In this document: piece after piece, positions 56,016 to 64,000 of the stretch
How the letters are laid out: each line of letters starts with the position of its first letter
Numbering within the stretch: position 1 is the stretch's first letter
NCBI GenBank assembly: GCA_014727915.1
Contig: WJMO01000006.1
Span: forward strand, 224,001 to 288,000
Reading direction: 5' to 3'
DNA: 64,000 bases
Source: Candidatus Altiarchaeales archaeon
GTDB taxonomy: Archaea; Altiarchaeota; Altiarchaeia; IMC4; SCGC-AAA252-I15
Made by a program: the position numbers and the translations under genes
The notes under the pieces: model-generated
Databases searched by the model: none
What the model was told of the DNA's origin: nothing
Seen by the model: the letters and a program-made list of their open reading frames with translations, nothing else

Positions 56016-57029
56016 TTATTTTCTCTTTTTCCGGTATTCGGTGATTATGTCCTCTACCGAGGATCCAGTCTCTGAGAGCTCATGCAGTCTCTTGGCCGTT
56101 ATGTACCTGAACCCTCCGAGTTCTTCAAGCTCGCCGGACTCATAGGAGGGTATGTCGCTGTCATGCAATAGCTCCACTATCCTCTTCTTGGAGGTGAAGG
56201 CAACCTCAACCCCTTCAAGGGAGTCGGGACGATTCTCGATGAGTGTTAGACCTGCGAGCACATGGGGGTAGACGCCCACGGGAACGACGTCGCCCTGGGA
56301 GATCTTCTTCAGCAGAGCCCTGTATTTCTTCAAATCCCTGATCTGCGTCTTCAAAGAGCCGATTCTCTTCTCCACGTTCGAATCCCTCACATGAACCACC
56401 CTGCGAGAGCCTTTGGACTTATTCAACTCTGCCTTCAACTCATCCAAAAGGGAATCCCGTTCCAGTATCTCCCCCTTCAACGCCTTGACCCTCCTCTCCA
56501 GGGAGCGTATGCGCCTCTCCTCCGGGGAGGGAGTTTTAGCCCTCTCGGGTTTGGGTTTTTCGCCTTTAACCTCTTCCACAGGAGCAAACGCTTTCTTGGC
56601 GCGGCTTATGCTGTTGCCCTGGAGGACGAAATGCTTCACCCGGTCGCCGAGGCCAAGGGAGTCGATCTTCTCCAGCTTGTTCCTGTGCTTGCCATACGCA
56701 TACAATGCGGCGGCCAGGGAGTCGCGCTGATGGGAGTCGGATAGCTCATAATCCGAGGTGAGAGCCTGCTTTTCCGACACGGACAGGTCCTTCTCTGGAA
56801 CGTACATTCGAACCCCCAGGTTGGAAGCGACCTTAGAGACCATCTCAGGAGCGGGATTCACATCACAGGCAACCAGGGAGGGGGAGCCGAATCGTATGAT
56901 ATGGTTCAATATCCTGGACAATCCCATGTCCTTGCTGCTATGCACTTCGACCAGTTCGCCGCCTAGGTCCAACAGCGACACCCCGGAAGTGGTCCCAGGG
57001 TCGACGCCAACGATCAAATGCCTACTCAT
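56016..57029 (-). CDS. DUF460 family protein (RNase H-like N-terminus plus coiled coil)
   Basis: IVGVDPGTT, VACDVNPAP and HQRDSLAAA. Confidence 0.88.
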   Translation of the reverse strand: MSRHLIVGVDPGTTSGVSLLDLGGELVEVHSSKDMGLSRILNHIIRFGSPSLVACDVNPAPEMVSKVASNLGVRMYVPEKDLSVSEKQALTSDYELSDSHQRDSLAAALYAYGKHRNKLEKIDSLGLGDRVKHFVLQGNSISRAKKAFAPVEEVKGEKPKPERAKTPSPEERRIRSLERRVKALKGEILERDSLLDELKAELNKSKGSRRVVHVRDSNVEKRIGSLKTQIRDLKKYRALLKKISQGDVVPVGVYPHVLAGLTLIENRPDSLEGVEVAFTSKKRIVELLHDSDIPSYESGELEELGGFRYITAKRLHELSETGSSVEDIITEYRKKRK

Positions 57030-58380
57030 CTACAAGTTTCCTCTGAGGGTTCTCAAGCGGGTATTCGCCCGTCAGACACGCAAGGCACAGGTCTCCCCTG
57101 CTGTGCCCTATGGCCTCCACCAGGCCGTCGACGCTCAGGTATGCGAGGGTGTCGGCGCCGATTGTCTTCCCGATCTCCTCGACGGACTTCTCCGACGCTA
57201 TGAACTCCCCGCTGGTCTGCATGTCGATGCCGTAGAGACAGGGGTTCCTTATGGGCGGGGATGCAATGCGGACGTGCACCTCCTTGGCCCCCGATTTCCT
57301 GAGGGATTCTATTATCTTCTTCAACGTGGTGCCCCGGACTATGCTGTCATCCAAAAGGACTATGCGCTTGCCCTCGACCTCCGACCTGATGGGGTTCATC
57401 TTCACCCTCACGCCAAGCTCCCTCTGCTTCTGGTCGGGTAGTATGAACGTGCGGCCAACATAGCGGTTCTTCATGAATGCCTCGCTGTAGGGTATCCCAG
57501 AGCCGTTAGCATAGCCTATGGCATGGGTTATGCCCGAGTCGGGAACGGCGCATACTATGTCGGCTTCGACCGGAGACTCCCTCGCGAGTATCCTGCCCAG
57601 GTCCCGCCTGACCTTGTATATTGGCCTCCCGTCTATCACGGAATCGGCCCTGGCGAAGTAGACGTACTCGAACATGCAATGGCATAGCCTGCCCTTCGGG
57701 CCCGAGTATGATTTCATCTGGTCCCCGAACACGACTATCTCCCCAGGCTTTACATCCCTTAAAAGCTCTGCGCCCACTGTGTCCAACGCGCAGCTCTCGG
57801 AGGCGAGATAATGGTGTTCGCCCTTCCTGCCGATGCATAGGGGGCGGACGCCGGAGGGGTCGCGGACGCCGATTACCATACCGTCATAGAGTATCGCGAG
57901 TGAATATGAACCGACAAGCTGCTTCATGGTGGCCTGGACGGCCTTTATGAAGTCACCGGTCTTGAGATGCTCTTGGGCTATCAGGTGGGCGATCAGTTCG
58001 GTGTCTGTCGTCGTTGTGAATGTGCCGCCCATCTCCTCGATCATCTTCTTGAGCCCCTCCTGGTTGACTATGTTCCCATTGTGGGCTATTGCGAAAACGC
58101 CCTTCAAGTAGTTTATCAGGAGCGGTTGGGCGTTCTCGGATTTGGAGTCTCCTGTGGTCGAGTAGCGTACATGGCCTATACCACAGTTCCCTGAGAGGTA
58201 GGCGTTGCGGAATACCTCGCTGACCAGTCCCATTCCCTTATGGATGCGGATCTTGTCGTTGCATGTGGCTATGCCAGCGGATTCCTGGCCTCTGTGCTGC
58301 ATGGCATGCAGGCCATAGTATATGGTCTCGAATACGTCCGTGTCAGATTGAAAGCCGAAAACTGCGCATTTCTCCTTCAT
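57022..58380 (-). CDS. purF: Amidophosphoribosyltransferase
   Basis: CAVFG, QHRGQESAG, GHVRYSTTG, HNG, CMFEYVYFAR and DDSIVRGTT. Confidence 0.97.
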   Translation of the reverse strand: MKEKCAVFGFQSDTDVFETIYYGLHAMQHRGQESAGIATCNDKIRIHKGMGLVSEVFRNAYLSGNCGIGHVRYSTTGDSKSENAQPLLINYLKGVFAIAHNGNIVNQEGLKKMIEEMGGTFTTTTDTELIAHLIAQEHLKTGDFIKAVQATMKQLVGSYSLAILYDGMVIGVRDPSGVRPLCIGRKGEHHYLASESCALDTVGAELLRDVKPGEIVVFGDQMKSYSGPKGRLCHCMFEYVYFARADSVIDGRPIYKVRRDLGRILARESPVEADIVCAVPDSGITHAIGYANGSGIPYSEAFMKNRYVGRTFILPDQKQRELGVRVKMNPIRSEVEGKRIVLLDDSIVRGTTLKKIIESLRKSGAKEVHVRIASPPIRNPCLYGIDMQTSGEFIASEKSVEEIGKTIGADTLAYLSVDGLVEAIGHSRGDLCLACLTGEYPLENPQRKLVDE

Positions 58381-58429
58381 CTTCTGGAGGTAATAGTTTT
58401 TCTACAACCAGGTATAATAATATAAGCTT

Positions 58430-59584
58430 ATGGATTTCAGGAAGACCGGGCATGGAGTATGCCTCCCCGGTTTCAGGGCTGGAGGCGTGAAACGCGGCAA
58501 ATACGGGGTGGCGTTGATAGTATCGGACATCGTCTGCGAGGCAGCTGTTGTTTCAACCAGGAACAACGTAAAAGCAGCCCCCCTAAGATACAACAGCAGG
58601 ATATTGGAAAGCGGGGTGCAGGCTGTGGTGGCCAACTCCGGGAACGCCAACTGCTGTGTCCGGGAGGGAATCCGAGACGCTGAGTTGATGGCTGCTGAGG
58701 CTTCTGCGGAGTTGGGCGTCAAAGCAAGGGATGTTGCGGTGGCCTCGACCGGGATAATCGGCAGGAGGATGGACATGAAATCCGTGAAAGCCCTCATAGT
58801 AGAGGCAGCAGCCAAGATCAGTCCAACGCCCAAGGGTAGCCTCCAGGCCGCCAAGGCCATCATGACCACCGACAAGAGGATCAAGATGTACTCTGCAGAG
58901 TACAGGGGCATACGTGCGGGGGGCATATGCAAGGGCTCAGGCATGATATCACCGAACATGGCAACCATGCTGTGCTTCATCACAACCAACGCCTCATTCC
59001 CCAAGTCAAAGCTGTCGGCCGCCTTGAAAGAGGCTGTGGAGGACAGCTTCAACATGATAAGCGTTGACGGGGACATGAGCACCAACGACACCGTGCTGCT
59101 ATTGTCGAACCGGACCGAAAAGTGCAGTTACGGGGATTTCAAAGCCTTGCTGAAGCACGTTTGCGTCGAGATGGCGAAGATGATACCCCGGGACGGTGAA
59201 GGAGCCAGCAAGTTCATCGAAGTCGAGGTAAGAGGCGGCAGGTCCAATGCTGAGGCTAGGAAGGCTGTGAAGTCAGTGATCGACTCCACAATAACAAAGT
59301 GCGCTTTCTACGGTGAGAACCCCAACTGGGGCAGGATACTGTCTTCCATAGGTTCGGCTGTGAAATTCGACGAGATGAACGTGGACGTGACATTCCAATC
59401 GGGTAAGAAGTCCGCCAAGGTCTTTTCGGGGGGTAGATGCCGTCGGCTGGACAGTGCCAGGAAGATACTCGCCAACCGGAACATCCGGGTGGTTGTAGAC
59501 CTCCACAGGGGCAGGCACGGCGCCGTCGGTTGGATGTGCGACATCACCCCCGACTATGTGAGGATAAACGCGGAATACAACTGA
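58430..59584 (+). CDS. argJ: Ornithine acetyltransferase ArgJ
   Basis: NSGNAN, STGIIG, AIMTTD, KGSGMISPNMATML, DGDMSTND, NWGR and INAEY. Confidence 0.96.
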   Translation: MDFRKTGHGVCLPGFRAGGVKRGKYGVALIVSDIVCEAAVVSTRNNVKAAPLRYNSRILESGVQAVVANSGNANCCVREGIRDAELMAAEASAELGVKARDVAVASTGIIGRRMDMKSVKALIVEAAAKISPTPKGSLQAAKAIMTTDKRIKMYSAEYRGIRAGGICKGSGMISPNMATMLCFITTNASFPKSKLSAALKEAVEDSFNMISVDGDMSTNDTVLLLSNRTEKCSYGDFKALLKHVCVEMAKMIPRDGEGASKFIEVEVRGGRSNAEARKAVKSVIDSTITKCAFYGENPNWGRILSSIGSAVKFDEMNVDVTFQSGKKSAKVFSGGRCRRLDSARKILANRNIRVVVDLHRGRHGAVGWMCDITPDYVRINAEYN

Positions 59585-59626
59585 AAGGTATTTATAGTAG
59601 TTAACGTTTATGTTGTTTGTTGTAAG

Positions 59627-60253
59627 ATGTATCGCATGTTCCGGAGCAGGGTGTTGGAGTATATCATATTGGCGAACGCGTTCATGTTCATCGTGAGACT
59701 GGCCGCTCCCGGTTTTGCCATAGACTATCTCGCCCTGACCCCGGCATATGTTCTGCGTATGCCATGGACGCTTTTGACGAACATGTTCATACACGCGGAC
59801 TTAATGCACATCTTCTTCAACATGTTCTTCGGCGTGTGGATGTTCGGAACATACCTGCAGAGGATAATAGGGGAGAAGGAGTTCACCAAAGTATACTTCG
59901 CGGGGGGTGTGGCTGCCGCCTTCTTCTACATATTCATGAGCCTGGCTTTCGGCATACCAGACCCGCGGACTGCGGCTGTGGGCGCCAGCGGAGCGGTCTT
60001 CGCCGTCATCGGCACGCTGGTGGTGTTGAAGCCGAACATGACCATCTACTTCAACTTCTTCTTCCCCATGCCACTGTGGGTGTTCGCCTCATTCTACTTG
60101 CTCTACAGCATCTTCGCGATCCCTGCGATGGGGGACGGCGGGGGAGTCGCTGTGACAGCTCACCTGGGAGGGCTGATAGCAGGGTTCATATTCGGGCAGA
60201 AGTACAAGAAAGGACACAGGGAGCCTGAGTACACTTACGTCAGATACTACTGA
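59627..60253 (+). CDS. Rhomboid family intramembrane serine protease
   Basis: MFIHA..HIFFNM, GASG and AHLGG. Confidence 0.94.
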   Translation: MYRMFRSRVLEYIILANAFMFIVRLAAPGFAIDYLALTPAYVLRMPWTLLTNMFIHADLMHIFFNMFFGVWMFGTYLQRIIGEKEFTKVYFAGGVAAAFFYIFMSLAFGIPDPRTAAVGASGAVFAVIGTLVVLKPNMTIYFNFFFPMPLWVFASFYLLYSIFAIPAMGDGGGVAVTAHLGGLIAGFIFGQKYKKGHREPEYTYVRYY

Positions 60254-61122
60254 TCGGCAACAAGAGTGACGTTCCCGTTGGCTTTGTTGAAGTAGACGTG
60301 CTTGCCACCGTTATTCCCGTATTCTCCCTCGTATAGGACCCACAAACCGGTAGACCGTCTTCCGGCATCTAGTATCTCGTCGAGGACCACATCATCGTAT
60401 GAGGTGAGGTAGGGGTCGTATCGGAGGGTCCAAACCATGCGCTTGCTGAAGTAGGTGGCATAGGAAGGGTTCAGACCGGACTCTGAAACCGCCTGGTCGA
60501 GCGTCTTGTAGTCGTCACCTGCCATGAAGGAGGCAGCCAGCAACAATGCGAGTATGAAGGCCCCTACGACTGCCGTCTTCCTCGCCTCCGATCTACTGTC
60601 TACCCTCCCTGAAGTGACCTCGACTATCCGGGAGGAGAAGAAGTAGACCAGGCCAAAACCGAACAATATGCCTGTCAACATCCTAATCTCATTGTTGGAC
60701 TCCCTCAGAGAGAGTATCGTCTGGGTCACGCCGTCAACCGCCAGGGGAGTCAGGGATGCAAGGAGGAACAGGGGGGACTTCATGGGCTTCGGCAGCCTGA
60801 CTTTCAGCAAAGGAGCCAATCCACCCATCATGCAGCCGAGGTATATTCCCGTGTCCCGGGCGCAGAATGGCATGGGGTAACCGCCGATGAACAGGGTTCG
60901 CTGGGGCATCTGATGACAGTTGGATGTGAGATATCCAAAGTTGTAGGCGAGCATTGACACGCCGAACAGCAGCCGGTTATCGGACGTTGCCAGGACTGGC
61001 GTCAGGAAGAACCATGCTAGTATGATGGCGTCCAACATCACATAAACTAGCAGGAGCATGTATAGGGTCTCCAGCACCGCGCGTCTCTCCAGCTGCCTTG
61101 CTATGAATGCGGGATATCTCAT
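60247..61122 (-). CDS. DUF2085 domain membrane protein
   Basis: CHQMPQRT, CARDTGIY, DGVTQ and SNN..R.LTG. Confidence 0.85.
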   Translation of the reverse strand: MRYPAFIARQLERRAVLETLYMLLLVYVMLDAIILAWFFLTPVLATSDNRLLFGVSMLAYNFGYLTSNCHQMPQRTLFIGGYPMPFCARDTGIYLGCMMGGLAPLLKVRLPKPMKSPLFLLASLTPLAVDGVTQTILSLRESNNEIRMLTGILFGFGLVYFFSSRIVEVTSGRVDSRSEARKTAVVGAFILALLLAASFMAGDDYKTLDQAVSESGLNPSYATYFSKRMVWTLRYDPYLTSYDDVVLDEILDAGRRSTGLWVLYEGEYGNNGGKHVYFNKANGNVTLVADQ

Positions 61123-61652
61123 TTGAACCTGTTGTATGAGATCACATCGCCCCGATCTTTCCTGGGCTTGGGTTCAGGATCTTCATCCGCGTATCCGAAG
61201 GCTAGAAGGGCGAGCGGGTCGAACGGAGATTCAATACCTAGAATTTCCATGAACTCCCTCTTCCCGATGCCGTCCATGGGCGCGGTCATTATCAAACTAC
61301 CGAGTCCAGAGTCTGCCGCCTGCAATAGCATGTTCTCGCAGGCGAGCATCGTCGACAGCTCAGCCACCGGCTTAGACGAATCACAGCATGCCAGAACCAG
61401 GGACCCGCGGTCGATGAATGACGAATCCTGTTTGTAGAGTCCCATACGGTCCCTTGCCCTGTCATAGACCGCCCTCACCCTGGCCTTCAACTGCCTGTCG
61501 TCGACTGCAATGAACTTCCAAGGCTGCAGGTTCAAACCGCTGGGAGCCCACCGCCCAGCCTCCAATATCCCATCCAAAACATCCCTTGGAACCTCTTTTT
61601 CCTTGAATTTTCGGATGCTGCGGCGCTTAAGCGCCAGCTCTTGGAAATCCAT
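61119..61652 (-). CDS. Nitroreductase family protein
   Basis: RRSIRKF, APSGLNLQPW, ENMLL.A...GLGS and GY...PKPRK. Confidence 0.93.
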   Translation of the reverse strand: MDFQELALKRRSIRKFKEKEVPRDVLDGILEAGRWAPSGLNLQPWKFIAVDDRQLKARVRAVYDRARDRMGLYKQDSSFIDRGSLVLACCDSSKPVAELSTMLACENMLLQAADSGLGSLIMTAPMDGIGKREFMEILGIESPFDPLALLAFGYADEDPEPKPRKDRGDVISYNRFK

Positions 61653-61714
61653 GGAATACCATTTACCTTCTGTTTTTATAACAGCAACCCCAATATGTTA
61701 CTTGGTTGACGGTG

Positions 61715-61948
61715 ATGGATGTCAAGGTTTATTCTACGCCCACATGCCCCTGGTGCAAGCGCGTAAAGGAGTTCCTAAAGGCCAGGAACGTCGAATTCGA
61801 GGATGTTGACGTGGCAGGCAACCAGGAGGCCGCCCAGGAGATGGTGAAGAAGAGCGGGCAGATGGGCGTTCCAGTGATCGAAGTCGGTGAGACCATTATC
61901 GTGGGCTTCGACGAGGAAGCACTGAAGAAGGCATTGAAGCTGGAGTAA
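61715..61948 (+). CDS. Glutaredoxin-like protein (NrdH-like)
   Basis: YSTPTCPWC, SGQMGVPV and GFD. Confidence 0.93.
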   Translation: MDVKVYSTPTCPWCKRVKEFLKARNVEFEDVDVAGNQEAAQEMVKKSGQMGVPVIEVGETIIVGFDEEALKKALKLE

Positions 61949-61949
61949 A

Positions 61950-62147
61950 ATGGTGAAGTACGTTATCGAATTCAACAGGGATGCTTGTATCGGCTGCGGA
62001 GCCTGCGAGAAAGCCTGCGACAACTGGGTAATCCAAGAAGACGGCAAGAGCAAACCCAAAAAGGCGGAATTGGACGAGGTCGGGTGCAACAAGGACGCCG
62101 CCGACATATGCCCCGTCGCCTGCATAAAAATAAACGAGAAAAAGTAA
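61950..62147 (+). CDS. Ferredoxin (single-cluster type)
   Basis: CIGCGAC...AADICPV. Confidence 0.9.
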   Translation: MVKYVIEFNRDACIGCGACEKACDNWVIQEDGKSKPKKAELDEVGCNKDAADICPVACIKINEKK

Positions 62148-62158
62148 ATAATGAAGGT

Positions 62159-62196
62159 TTGGGGTTTATCCAACCCCAATAAAAAAAATATTTTTT
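62159..62196. terminator. Putative bidirectional terminator hairpin
   Basis: ttggggtt-N5-aaccccaa inverted repeat followed by A and T runs, between convergent genes. Confidence 0.45.
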
Positions 62197-62506
62197 AGTC
62201 TTCTAGGTCTTCGTTCAGGTCTGCCTGGTCGGAGTCCTCTGAGACTGTCTCCTCGTCCGCGCCGGTAGGCCCGCCGTCGTCGACCGTTATCACAGCCTGC
62301 AGTTTCTCGATTAACCCGTTGACTATGTCCTCCTCTGGCGGGAACCCTATGCCGCCCCTGTACCTCCTCTCGCCGTCTGGGAGGTAGTATCCCTTGGAGA
62401 TGTTCAGGAAAACAGCGTTGTCTGGTTTGACGCGCTTCTTGCTTACCTCTATGAACTTGTTGCGTCCATAGTCCACGTACTCGCTTGCAATTGTCTCGTA
62501 TTCCAT
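62195..62506 (-). CDS. Small protein with a possible PC4-like fold and an acidic tail
   Basis: FIEVSKK...FLNISKGY...GE...GGIGF followed by a helix; C-terminus ADEETVSEDSDQADLNEDLED. Confidence 0.6.
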   Translation of the reverse strand: MEYETIASEYVDYGRNKFIEVSKKRVKPDNAVFLNISKGYYLPDGERRYRGGIGFPPEEDIVNGLIEKLQAVITVDDGGPTGADEETVSEDSDQADLNEDLED

Positions 62507-62578
62507 TTCAAATACCTCTTCTATAGAGTCTAGTTTATAAGTAATATCCTTTATAATTTAAATAGGAGGGCTGGAAGG

Positions 62579-63004
62579 TTGGACAAAAGAGGTCAGGCTT
62601 CGCTGGAATACATGGTAATGCTGGCATTGTCACTGGTTGTCTTCTCCGCCGTGCTGTATGTAACTGGTATGCTGATAAGCACCAGCAGCATACAGGTGGG
62701 GGTGGACTCCGCCCACCGGGCGGTGGAGAAGATGAGGAGCTCCGCGGACTTCGTGTACGTCCACGGACACCCCTCAAGGACTGAAATAAACGTTTACATG
62801 CCTCCGAACATCGAGGAAGTCAGCATCCCGGAGACCAACAACAGCATACGCGCCCGCGTGTCGGTCGGCGACACCTACACGGACATATACAGCGTCTCCA
62901 AGGGAAGCATATACGGCGACCTATCGCAGCTGGACAAGGAAGGCTACTACGTGCTACGCGTTGAATCCACTTCAGAACACGACATAAACTTCACGCTGAT
63001 ATAG
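62579..63004 (+). CDS. Type IV pilin-like protein with class III signal peptide
   Basis: RG/QASLEYMVML; SADFVYVHG. Paralog of 41785..42222. Confidence 0.87.
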   Translation: MDKRGQASLEYMVMLALSLVVFSAVLYVTGMLISTSSIQVGVDSAHRAVEKMRSSADFVYVHGHPSRTEINVYMPPNIEEVSIPETNNSIRARVSVGDTYTDIYSVSKGSIYGDLSQLDKEGYYVLRVESTSEHDINFTLI

Positions 63005-63008
63005 GCTC

Positions 63009-63983
63009 ATGAATAAACCATGGAAGAAGCGGGGACAGGTTAGCATAGAGTTCATGATAGTATTGGGGATAGTACTGACCATCTTCATAATACTGGGCTA
63101 CATCGTCTACAGGAACTACGTCAAGACAAGCGACCTTAAGGTCTACATATACGGCGTGCGATTGGCCAATCACATAGCGGACAACATAAACACCATAAAC
63201 GCCGTGGGAGAAGGTCACAGCACCTCCTTCAGCCTGCCGCCAAGCCTTTACGGAAACAGGGGATACAGCGTCAGCTTCTACGAGAACTCTTCAACCGTCT
63301 ATGTAGTGGGCACCAGCTTCTCACGCGGCGGGGGAGCGGTGACCTTCAGCAGCCCCATATCAACGGCGAACATCAACTGCCTGCTGGGAGAATGCAATAT
63401 GGGATGCAATACGAGCCGGGTGGAGCAGTGCATCGCCGTTAACCGGAGCCTTGACATACGGCTTGTGAAGTACCAGGGAGGGATCTACATGACACAGGAG
63501 AACAATGTCATGCAGGCCAGTTCGGAGGGGTCCATCTCACCATTCACGGGAGAGGGGGATGTTACCGTTGGCAGCATACCATCTTTCGTCGAGGTTGGAG
63601 AGGACTGGAACGTCATGTACGTCCACCATAACAGGTTAGACGACACAGTAAGCCTTGTGATAAGCCTCAACATCACCTCAGGGGATGCTGCAGAATACAA
63701 CATATATGATATGGTAGGTGAGGTGTTGGAGGTGCAATCCAACGAGGCAGACCCCCAGAACCCCGAATTCAGCCTTAGCCGGCCTTTAGAGGGAGCCTGG
63801 AACAATGACCTGGGAGGGCTTGGAGACGTTGACGGGGCTGTTCTGAAGTTCAGGGACGGATTCCACCTCTGCATAGAGTCCGGTAGCGGCACTATGACTT
63901 CCAGCGACTGGAAGGTGGTCAGCTCGGACGGCAGTAGCATGCTCTTGGACAAGGAGGAGGACGTGTGCCTAGCATACCCGTGA
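63009..63983 (+). CDS. Type IV pilin-like protein with an extended C-terminal domain
   Basis: RG/QVSIEFMIVL; IADNIN...VGEG. N-terminal part parallels 42226..42651. Confidence 0.85.
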   Translation: MNKPWKKRGQVSIEFMIVLGIVLTIFIILGYIVYRNYVKTSDLKVYIYGVRLANHIADNINTINAVGEGHSTSFSLPPSLYGNRGYSVSFYENSSTVYVVGTSFSRGGGAVTFSSPISTANINCLLGECNMGCNTSRVEQCIAVNRSLDIRLVKYQGGIYMTQENNVMQASSEGSISPFTGEGDVTVGSIPSFVEVGEDWNVMYVHHNRLDDTVSLVISLNITSGDAAEYNIYDMVGEVLEVQSNEADPQNPEFSLSRPLEGAWNNDLGGLGDVDGAVLKFRDGFHLCIESGSGTMTSSDWKVVSSDGSSMLLDKEEDVCLAYP

Positions 63984-63985
63984 AG

Positions 63986-64000
63986 ATGGAGAGAGGACAG
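63986..64000 (+). CDS. Start of a further pilin-like gene (partial)
   Basis: ATG GAG AGA GGA CAG = MERGQ, directly after the previous stop. Confidence 0.55.

Overview
A gene-dense, GC-rich stretch of an archaeal chromosome. Archaeal markers include eL15, eL39, eL43, Rpo12, Pcc1, the exosome genes, the proteasome alpha subunit, aIF-1A, RIO1, NMD3 and two tRNAs with BHB-type introns. Purine, His and Arg biosynthesis genes together with Cys-repeat surface proteins suggest an Altiarchaeota-like lineage, but this is inference only. The left half is mostly housekeeping genes interrupted by single orphan genes. It also holds an unusual tRNA(CAU) locus flanked on both sides by partial copies of itself, and a pore-less voltage-sensor protein. 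The right half (about 34-55 kb, plus 62.5-64 kb) is a surface-appendage locus. It contains archaellum motor genes (arlC-like, arlH, arlI, arlJ) with no archaellin, arlF or arlG in the window, a divergent type IV pilin operon with its own ATPase and two TadC-like proteins, glycosylation enzymes including a non-canonical AglB/STT3 paralog, two KaiC-like ATPases and a remodelled CheF-like protein. A small helical domain appears to be shared between the partner of one KaiC-like ATPase and a transmembrane Cys-repeat protein that heads the arl gene run. This is the best candidate for an undescribed system: KaiC-based control of an archaellum-type motor that may not need Che proteins. No CRISPR array, rRNA gene or transposase was seen. 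All family assignments are by motif recognition, without database searches.
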